A DNA stretch of 64,000 bases, from positions 20,026,001 to 20,090,000 of the forward strand of contig OZ024763.1 of assembly GCA_964016885.1 (NCBI GenBank), in the 5' to 3' direction. Under the pieces are notes generated by a model, which made no database searches, was not told the DNA's origin, and saw only the letters and a program-made list of their open reading frames with translations. Shown here piece after piece: positions 54,932 through 64,000 of this stretch (position 1 is the stretch's first letter; every line of letters begins with the position of its first letter). The position numbers were made by a program, and so were the translations under genes. Source of the DNA: Eledone cirrhosa (Eukaryota).

Positions 54932-55470
54932 TTGTGATCCTTGTGTATAGATGATAAATGTAGTGTGGGTTATTATAGATATAATGGTTGTGATCTTTCT
55001 ATAAAAGTTGAGAGGGACCTTTAACATAGATATAGAGGTTGTGACATTTCTCTATGGATATTAAAGGTTGTTAGGGCCCTTATATATAAATATCAAGGTT
55101 GTGGTGGCCCTCATATTGAAATATCGAGATTGCCCCCACCCCCTCTATAGGATATTAAAGGTTGTGATGCCTCTTATATACAAATATAAAGGTTGTGACC
55201 CTTCTCTACAGCTATAAAAGGTTGTGACCTTTCTGTATGTATATTAAATGTTGCAAGGACCCTTATATACAGATATATAGGGTGTGATCCTTCTGTATAG
55301 ATATTAACTGTGAAGATCCTTATATATAGGTATAGACGTGACTTTTCTCTATGGATATTAAAGGTTGTGAGGGAAATTATATACAAATATAAAAGTTGTG
55401 AAGGCCCTTATATTCAGATATAGAGGTTGTAACCCTTCTATGGATATTAAAGGTTTTGATGACCCTTATC
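54470..55470. repeat. Old degenerate minisatellite (ATATTAAAGGTTGTGA...CCCTTATAT)
   Basis: Recurring AAAGGTTGTGA motif, with a dispersed-repeat insert at ~54575-54760. Confidence 0.65.
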
Positions 55471-55796
55471 ATCATCATCATTTTACGTCTGCTTTTCCCT
55501 GCTTGCAAGGGTGGGATGGGAACTGATTCTGGCTTGATTTCTACAGCTGGATGCCCTTCCTAACACCAACCTCATTTACAGTGAGTGCTGGGTGCTTTTT
55601 TTTTGCTGTGACACCTCCACGACCACTTTGCAGTGGAATGATATGGGGCCCAGTCCCTATCATCTCATTTCTACAGCTGAGTAAACTGGAGCAATGTGAA
55701 ATAAAGTGTCTTGCTCAAGGAAACAACACATCACCCGGTCTGAGAATTGAACTCACAACCTTTCGATTGCAAGGCCAATGCTCTAACCACTAAGCC

Positions 55797-55798
<2 letters not shown>
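55470..55798 (-). mobile_element. Family B SINE
   Basis: Reverse complement of 36020-36345. Confidence 0.82.
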
Positions 55799-55827
<29 letters not shown>

Positions 55828-55980
55828 TCCCAGGTTCAATTAGGGGTAACTACGGTAAGTAAGGTACTCAATACATAGCAGAGTATAAATATTTATACTG
55901 TTTCATTCGAAGGAAATCATCAGGAAAGCCCCTGATGATTTCCTTCGAATGAAAGTTCTAGTCCTGTAGAAGCCATTTAT
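55828..55980. mobile_element. Penelope-like family 1 terminus with back-to-back broken hammerheads
   Basis: CTGATGA-T-TTC(CTTC)GAA-T-GAAA on both strands around 55897-55975. Confidence 0.65.
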
Positions 55981-56057
55981 ATATATATATATATAAAACT
56001 TTGATAGGTTTTAACCAGTGTTGGCCTAGGTCATATCTAACGTAATAGCACCAACTC

Positions 56058-56104
<47 letters not shown>

Positions 56105-56473
56105 TAATCGAGAATCGGAATCTCGGCTCACAAAATCACGAAACACAATCTGCGAAGTGTGTGGCAGAGGGCTCAATAGTTTGGGTGAACCAGAGCTATA
56201 ACTATCGTTAAAATACCAACACATAGAGACAATGCTTAAAATCATTCGCACAGCCGAAAAAAACGACCAGGAAAATTCGGGTCACACAAATAATAAATTA
56301 ATAAATTAAATGAATATAAAATCTTACCCGGACCTGCTAGAAAGATGTTAAAATCTAGCTTTATGGGTTTCTGCAGTTCCTTAATCAATTACCGTTGGCC
56401 CACATAAAATTTATATCTGACATATATATATAATATATTAATAAATGGAAACTATATTTATAAAACCATAATT

Positions 56474-56537
56474 ATTTTATTATATGTATTTCAAGGGCAA
56501 CCAAGGCACATTATGGTGCGCTTTCATCAGATAAAAT
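56474..56537 (-). ncRNA. Minimal hammerhead motif, family 4 (sense to MTFP1 pre-mRNA)
   Basis: ATTTTAT-CTGATGA-AAG...CTT-GAAA-TACATATA-ATAAAAT. Confidence 0.68.
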
Positions 56538-56637
56538 ACAGATTTGTTTTATAAATAAATATTGACATACCCGGAAAAAACGGAAAAAAGACAACCTTAA
56601 CGCTTGAAGCTTCCTGGATTTTATAAAACAAATCTGT

Positions 56638-56701
56638 ATTTTATCTGATGAAAGTGCACCATAATTTGCCTTGGTTGCCCTTGAAATATATATAATAAAA
56701 T
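56638..56701 (+). ncRNA. Minimal hammerhead motif, family 4
   Basis: ATTTTAT-CTGATGA-AAGTGCACC...GGTTGCCCTT-GAAA-TATATATA-ATAAAAT; lies in the right arm of inverted repeat 56432-56743. Confidence 0.72.
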
Positions 56702-57006
56702 AATTATGGTTTTATAAATATAGTTTCCATTTATTAATATATTGAATATTTACTGCAGTAATCTGTTGAGTGCTTTATATCAGTTATAAAAATGTTTAAG
56801 CTTGTTGAATCCCAACAAATTGAATATAACCTCTGCATATATATATATATATATATTGTTATACTTTGGGAGGGTCATGTTGCCAATAAGAAACACACGC
56901 ACCAGTTGCTTTCACTTCAATTTATTATATATTTATAAATTTATAAATTTATAAATTTCTGGTTGGTTGGTTGGTTGGTTCCGCAACCAGATAGTTGTTT
57001 ATATAT

Positions 57007-57051
57007 AGTCATAGTTCTTTCGTCACACACTCTGTGACCTCTTCAGTGACT
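57007..57051 (-). ncRNA. Minimal hammerhead motif, family 2 (sense to MTFP1 pre-mRNA)
   Basis: Reverse complement of 57375-57419. Confidence 0.65.
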
Positions 57052-57374
57052 GGGGATTCCTTTCTTTGTTTCTGTGCCTCTCCTTTACAAATTACAGAGG
57101 CAATAAACATAAAAGAATTACAACCAAAATTAAATAGAAAATATGAGTGGAACAGCAACATCACAACTTACAATTAAGGACAAAATGAAAACACACACAC
57201 ACATAGAACAAACAACCAACCAGTAACATGTAAATAAACAAATAAATAAATGAACATAAACACACACAGACACCCGGATGTGGCGCATGCGCAGACTGAG
57301 CACACAACACACACACACAAACAAAATGGCGTAGGACAGAAAGGAGAGGCACAGAAACAAAGAAAGGAATCCCC

Positions 57375-57419
57375 AGTCACTGAAGAGGTCACAGAGTGTG
57401 TGACGAAAGAACTATGACT
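57375..57419 (+). ncRNA. Minimal hammerhead motif, family 2
   Basis: AGTCA-CTGAAGA-G-GTCACA(GAGTG)TGTGAC-GAAA-GAAC-TA-TGACT. Confidence 0.65.
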
Positions 57420-57621
57420 ATATATAAACAACTATCTGGTTGTGGAACCAACCAACCAACCAGAAATTTATAAATTTATAAATTTATAATAAATTGAAGT
57501 GAAAGCAACTGGTGCGTGTGTTTCTTATTGACAACATGACCCTCCCAAAGTATAACAATATCAGTTTCAACACACGATTTCAGATAAAGAATCTTGCTAA
57601 ACAAATTCAGAAACGAAATAT

Positions 57622-57671
<50 letters not shown>

Positions 57672-57868
57672 TTTCTTTTCAATGGCTGACAATACCTTAC
57701 CGGCGCCACTCGAATAAGGTAGTTATTTAACCCATAAATGGAGCCCTAACAGGTACTACCACCCCGGGCCAGGGCAGACCTGGGAGTCATGACAACTAAG
57801 GGGTAACTCCACATTCCCCACATCTCCTGAACCCCCGAACTGGAGCCTTGCCACTGGATGTAGTTTAA

Positions 57869-58030
57869 GGGACACACTAGAAGAGGAAGACCAAGGTTAA
57901 CATATGTTGATGCCCTAAGGACAGACACTGGTCTGTTGGAGATGCAGGATATGGCAGCGATAATGAGGGACAGAGACCGATAGAGAGAACTCGTCCATGG
58001 ATCTCGGGAATTTTACCCGCCTTAGATAGA
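57869..58030 (+). mobile_element. Young RTE-type LINE 3' end; inverted near-identical copy at 60183-60347
   Basis: GHTRRGRPRLTYVDALRTDTGL...MRDR; (TAGA)n tail. Confidence 0.8.
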
Positions 58031-58043
58031 TAGATAGATAGAT

Positions 58044-58115
<72 letters not shown>

Positions 58116-58535
58116 AGAAGTCAGATTTGCAGCTTGTTATGAAACTTTATTGCATATTACAACTGTTTTGATATCGATCAGCTCGAGTTTGATCTGGTGA
58201 TCAGATCCTGACTCTTAATTGACACCGCTTCCCATATGATGCAATGTCTACACCCTTGAAAAGGATTGCGAGAACACAAGCCAAAACTGCTTGGTGCCAC
58301 GGTCAGCATTTTACATGTCTCTATACCTACTCTGTATCTCCCCCCCCCCCATGTATTGAGTACTCCCATGATAAATGGTCTCCTCTCCCCAGTCTCAGCA
58401 CCGCAGACACTCTCTATACATAGATACATACATATATATATATATATTCGTTCATTTATTATGGCCATAATAAATAAATAAATAAAACTCTTCTTCAGTA
58501 TTGAGTATTCATTCTCACTCCCGTCAATAACACAC

Positions 58536-58587
<52 letters not shown>

Positions 58588-58800
58588 CGTTTCTGAATTT
58601 GTTTAGCAAGATTCTTTATCTGAAATCAACTGGTGCGTGTGTTTCTTATTGGCAACATGACCCTCCCAAAGTATAACAATATATATATATATATATATAT
58701 ATAGTAATAATAATAATAAAATTGAAGACTAAAATCCAAAGAGGGTTCGATAAGGATAAATATATATCAAATATATAAGAACCGTAGAGCAAATATTTAT

Positions 58801-59424
58801 TAAAATAACAGATTAAAGTTTAAGCAAAGAATCGCTGCTTCCACCCTTAACGAGATCTTCTGAAACTAACAAACTCAATCTGTGAACGCAGAAGTGAATA
58901 TTTCAAAAAACGTTGCAACCGGAGGAAGACAGGAAGACGATACTTTGGTTCGTGGAAACGTTCCCTGGCAAAGAACGGGGAAAAACGAATATAATACGTC
59001 ATTGTTTGGAGCGACGGTGAAAAACAATTACACACAAAGACAAAACCACGTTTATGGTATAAAAGAAGTCGTAGACTAATATTCTCTTAGGTGGTTCATA
59101 GAGACGTTCTCTGGCAATGAACGGAAAAAAACGAAGATAATACGTCATATGGGGAGCGTAGAGAACAATTGCACGCAAAGACAAAACCACGTAAATGGTA
59201 TAGCAGAAGTCGTAGACTAAAATTCTAACTAGGAAACCGAATGATTCTCGGCTTCAGAGTTAAGAATAAAGTAAATAAAATACAGAGGTAATTGAAATTC
59301 CTCCGGTTGCAACGTTTTTTGAAATATCCACTTCTGCGTTCACAGATTGACTTTGTTAGTTTCAGAATATCCCGTTAAGGGTGAAAGCAGCGATTCTTTG
59401 CTTAAATTTTAATCTGTTATTTTA
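58801..59424. repeat. Inverted repeat (~125-bp arms) enclosing a ~140-bp diverged direct duplication
   Basis: 58801-58927 is the reverse complement of 59298-59424; CAAAGACAAAACCACGT...GAAGTCGTAGACTAA occurs twice inside. Confidence 0.85.
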
Positions 59425-59425
59425 A

Positions 59426-59491
<66 letters not shown>

Positions 59492-59629
59492 AAAGTTTTA
59501 TTTAACAAGTAAATATTTTATAACTGATATAAAAGCACTCAACGATTTCTGGAGTAATATGATATCCCAGAAATATATATAACGAAATAAATATGGTTTT
59601 ATAAATATAGTTTCCATTTGTTTAATATC

Positions 59630-59665
<36 letters not shown>

Positions 59666-60651
59666 TGTGTGTGTGCACTTTTATGTGTGCATATATATAT
59701 ATATATATCAGAGAGGGTGTGGTAAGACCAAAACCCACCAGAATACTCGATACTTGGGGAAGTAGTTCGGATCTAGCTGTCGAAACGGCCAGAGCTCAGC
59801 TGTCGGGGTCCTGAATCTTTTCATATATATATATGATGATGATATATATATATATTAGTTGTGAAACTTCTATATGGATATTAAAAGCTATGAAGATCCT
59901 TGTTTACAAATATAGAGCTTATGACCCCCCTTCTATATGGATATTAAAGTTGTGATGACACCCATATATAAATATATACATTTTTTTCTTTTTTTTGCCC
60001 TTTCTATGGCTGATAATACCTTACCAGTGTCACTCAAGTAAGGTAATCCTTTACCCCATAAATGGGGCCCTACCAAGTACTACTGCTCCGAGGCAGTGAT
60101 AACCACTAAGGGGTAACTCCACATTCCCCACAGCTCCTGGTCTCCCGAACTGGAGCCTTTCCACTATATATATATATATATATCTATCTATCTAAGGCGG
60201 GTAAAATTCCCGAGATCCATGGACGAGTTCTCTCCAGCGGTCTCTGTCCCTCATTATCGCTGCCATGTCCTGCATCTCCAACAGACCAGTGTCTGTCCTT
60301 AGGGCATCAACATATGTTAACCTTGGTCTTCCTCTTCTAGTGTGTCCATGTAGGGGCTCCCAAAAGTCAGCTCAAAAGTGACACAGAGAAGACTGAGGTT
60401 GGCTGGACATGCTCACCGACATCCAGAGTTGATATATATATATATATATATAATCATCATCGTCATCATCATACGTTCGCTGCTTTTCCTTGTGCGTTTG
60501 TGTATATATAGTGTGTGAGTTTGAGTATATGTGTGTGTGTGTATATATATATATGTGTGTGTGTGTGTATGTCTTTCTATATATATGTCTCTGTATATAT
60601 GTGTGTGTGTATAGTGTAGTCGATACCGACAACAAATGCTACTAAACTTAC

Positions 60652-60706
60652 CGAGATATCGAACCAACGTGTCTCTGTATAAATCCGGAGGTTCGTTTCT
60701 TGGCAT
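60652..60706 (-). CDS. MTFP1: MTFP1 coding exon 1
   Basis: ATG CCA AGA...TAT CTC G|gtaagt; MPRNEPPDLYRDTLVRYL(G) matches the MTP18 DLYRDT.VRYLGYANEVGE motif when spliced to exon 2. Confidence 0.95.
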
Positions 60707-61598
60707 TGTTGCATCGACTTCTAGTCACCGTCGTCTGCTATTGCTGCTGTTATTGTTGTTATTGCTGCTACTACAGCTGCTGCTACTTCTACTGTTGCTG
60801 CTGCTATTGTTATTCTTGTTGTTGTCCTTCAGAAATAAACAAAACAGGTTGATTTGTGCCAGGACGAATCTATTTCAGTTTATTTATTATTAACCTTTCT
60901 GTCTGTCTGCGTTCTCTTCGTTGTTGTTGTTGTTGATTGCTTGTTTTTTTTTAAAATGTTTTTGAGGGGGTAGGTATATGGGGTGGAGCAACGGGTGTCA
61001 GCCGTACTTAAGACAAGCAAGCACACTTCTGTCGATCTATCCGGTTATCTATCTACCTTTATCTATCTATCTGTCTCTATATCTATCTACCTCTATATCT
61101 ATCTATCTACCTCTATCTCTATCTATCTATCTATATATCTACCTTTATCTATCTATCTACCTCTATATCTATCATGTATCTATCTACCTCTATATCTATC
61201 ATGTATCTATCTACCTATCTATCTCTATATCTGCCTATCTATCCGTCTATCAACCTCTACCTCTATCTCTCTCTCTCTATAAATATCTATAATGCTTTTT
61301 TTTTTTTCACTTTGATTATATATAGTTGATTTTATATATGTATTTCTATATGATATAAATGCATCAAAATCTATATACAAACACAATCTATCGATCTATT
61401 TATCTGTTTACTTATGTATCAGTCTGTCTGTCTATTTATCTGTCTGTCTATCTATAAAGAAATATATCTATATATCTACATCTATCTCTATATATGTATG
61501 TCTGTGTCTGTCTGTCTGTCTGTCTTCGTTGTTATTGCTCGACTGCTTTGCGGCGATGTTTGGGGGTCAGCTGTACTTTACAATATAAGCTAACATAC

Positions 61599-61990
61599 CT
61601 CTTTTGGAGCTAGCTAGCTATCGATCGATCGATCTATCACCCTGTCATTGAGGCACTTCTAACAACGAGTTAACCACCCTATCCATCATGTAGTTAGTCA
61701 GTCTATCTATCTATCTGTTAGTTAACTAACTAGGTAGATAATGTCTTAGTTAGACAGACCCGGGTCATAGGTTAACTAACTAACAGTTTGTTGAGCTAGC
61801 CATGTGCCAAACAAGCGACGAAGATGGTTACAAGCATTTTGAAAAACGGTCAGCTGACTGGTTAGCGAGGGTCACGTGATGCTCCAGAGCGAGCAGAGCA
61901 GTCGTTACCTTCTACTCCCTCTACTACCCATGCTCCTCCCTTATTCGTCTCTTCTTTTTTCTGCTGCTTCTTTCTCCGGTTCTACTGAGA
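61599..61990 (-). promoter_or_regulatory. Probable MTFP1 non-coding first exon/promoter region
   Basis: Minus-strand donor GAG|GTATGT at 61598; candidate acceptor at 60827; CpG-richer unique DNA; E-box GTCACGTGA at 61871-61879. Confidence 0.4.
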
Positions 61991-62069
61991 AAGAAAGAAG
62001 CCTGTAATGCTTGCTAAAAATAGCAGCTAAGTTTACCTCATATTGCCTCGGTAGTAGTAGCGATAGTAA

Positions 62070-62252
62070 TAATTGTTTCTACTTTAGGCACAAGGCCATC
62101 AATTACCCAGTGCATTACTGGTACTTTATTTTATCGACCCCGTAAGGATGAAAGGCAAAGTCAACCTCGGCGGGATTTGAACTCGGATCGTAAAGGGACG
62201 TAACTATGCTGGAAAGCATGGCGTCCGACCCTCTACCGATACTGCCAATCCA
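62070..62252 (-). mobile_element. Family A SINE (further fragments at ~62660-62785 and ~62850-62965)
   Basis: Near identical to 26520-26698 in reverse complement. Confidence 0.85.
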
Positions 62253-64000
62253 AATAATAGTAGTATAGTAGTAACAGTAGTAGAAGTCGTAACAGCGGTA
62301 GTAGTAGTAATAACAGCGGTAGTAGTAACAGTGGTAGTAGTAGTAGTAACTGTAATAATAATATTAGTAGTTGTTGTGGTAGTAACAGTAGTAGTAGTAG
62401 TGACAGTAGTAGTAGTACATTTGAGAGAGGGTAAATAGTTGTATGCGAATGTTGAAGATGTTTAGCCTTGACTAAGCAAACCTATATTTCTTAAAGCATT
62501 CCAGCCGTAACCATCTCGTATTTTATACAGAAACAGTGTAACCCGGACTACATAACCCCATACAGTTTATCCGAATGGCTAAATGCCAGCTGAAGGATAC
62601 CCAGGAGTCGTGACCTGGATGCGACCCGGCCTCTTAAGAGAGCAAGAAATTAATAATAATAATTGTTTTCCTCTTTTGGCACAAGACCAGCAATTATCTC
62701 AGTACATTACTGGTACTTTATTTTATCGACTCCGTAAGGATGAAAGGCAAAGTTAACCTCGGCGGGATTTGAACTCAGTACGTAAAATTATTGTGTACAA
62801 TGCTCAGGTGCACTACAACTCATCAAAGGTACATGTATTGTACATAGAATAATTGTTTCTACTTTTGGCACAAGGCCAGTAATTACCGCAGTGTATTACT
62901 GGTATTTTATTTTATCGCCCCTGTAAGGATGAAAGGCAAAGTTAACCTCGGTGGGATTTGAACTCATTGTATAATAACTCGTGTGTGTGTATATATATAT
63001 ATATAAATAAATGTGTGTGTGTGTATAGTGAACATTATTGTGTACTACAACTTATCAAAGGTGCATGTATAGTACATAGAATAATGTACAAATATATAAT
63101 GTTAAGGGCCAAAACACTTACTTGAGTGGGGTTTCACCTCTGAAGACCTTCAGCTGTTCAGCTCTCTTGAGAGGTTCTTAATATCACTCTAATGCCTTCA
63201 TTTTCTTTTTGTTTGTTTATAAGATATTAAGGTCGGGCGTTTCGGTTGCGCAAGTATTAGGAAACACAAGGCGCTACTCTATATGTTCTCGCAGCTTCCA
63301 TCAAACTCGGAAATGTTTAGGTTTCATCCATTGGTCCAACTTGATGCATTGTTTGCATGACGCCGGGGCGTCCCACTGGATGGCCGAGTATCAGATAGGA
63401 TAGAATAGGATGTTATGAGTAAGATTTGATTGTTATTTTTAGCATGTCTTGTGGCAACATCCTGTGATGCTCTGGTGATGTTGCACGAACGAACGAATGA
63501 ATGAACGGATAAATAGATGTTCGTTTCACTGACTCAATGAACGGGTGATGTATGAATGAATTGGGTGTATGTGATGTTCATTTCACTGAATGAATGAATA
63601 TATGAATGAATGGATGCATGGGTTGATTGGTGAACGGGGTGGTGTTAATTTCACTGAACTAAAGAATGAATGAAAGATTAAATATAGAGATGGTATGGTA
63701 TATTATGGTCCCGTAATTCCTGATGGAGACGTAGGGACGCTGTAGTGACATACGGCGTTTCTTGGGCATATTTAAAGCCTGGCGGAGTCCATCTCCTCTC
63801 CGGGTCTGAATACAACAGATTTCTTATAGAGAAGGATTGAGAGAGGAAATGAAAAAGTGTTATAGAGGAAGAATCGACCCCAATACTAGACTGGTACTTT
63901 ATTTTTATTTTTCATTAACCTCGAAAGGATAGAGACCCAGATCCAACACCACAAAGCACCCTATCTGACGGTTTAATGACTCTGCCAATTCACCGCCATA

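Larger units (their letters stand above)
56855..57620. mobile_element. Penelope-like element, family 2, with inverted terminal repeat (arms 56855-57086 and 57340-57559)
   Basis: The loop encodes LQITEAINIKELQPKLNRKYEW (GIY-YIG-like C-terminus); both arms carry hammerhead motifs. Confidence 0.78.

Overview
AT-rich, repeat-dense animal genomic DNA; the SINE families and (TA)n load suggest an octopod cephalopod (inference). Two host genes are supportable. (1) On +, the last two coding exons of a DEG/ENaC (ASIC-like) channel (12607-12698, 14402-14526). (2) On -, the complete three-exon CDS of MTFP1/MTP18 (60706->48168, 168 aa). The most unusual structure is a ~10.2 kb array of ~129 copies of a 79-bp unit that is exactly the intron end, 3' splice acceptor and first 31 nt of the DEG/ENaC exon; only the last copy runs into the real exon. 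A ~7.1 kb 48-bp array with huge spurious-looking ORFs has expanded inside the C-terminus of an RTE-type LINE remnant. The window also holds at least four distinct families of type I hammerhead ribozyme motifs at Penelope-like element termini, several arranged as long inverted repeats inside MTFP1 intron 1. The remainder is SINEs, RTE, CR1 and CRE-like LINE fragments, mariner, Gypsy, Helitron and hAT-MITE remnants, and microsatellites. Repeat boundaries and copy numbers were estimated by eye.
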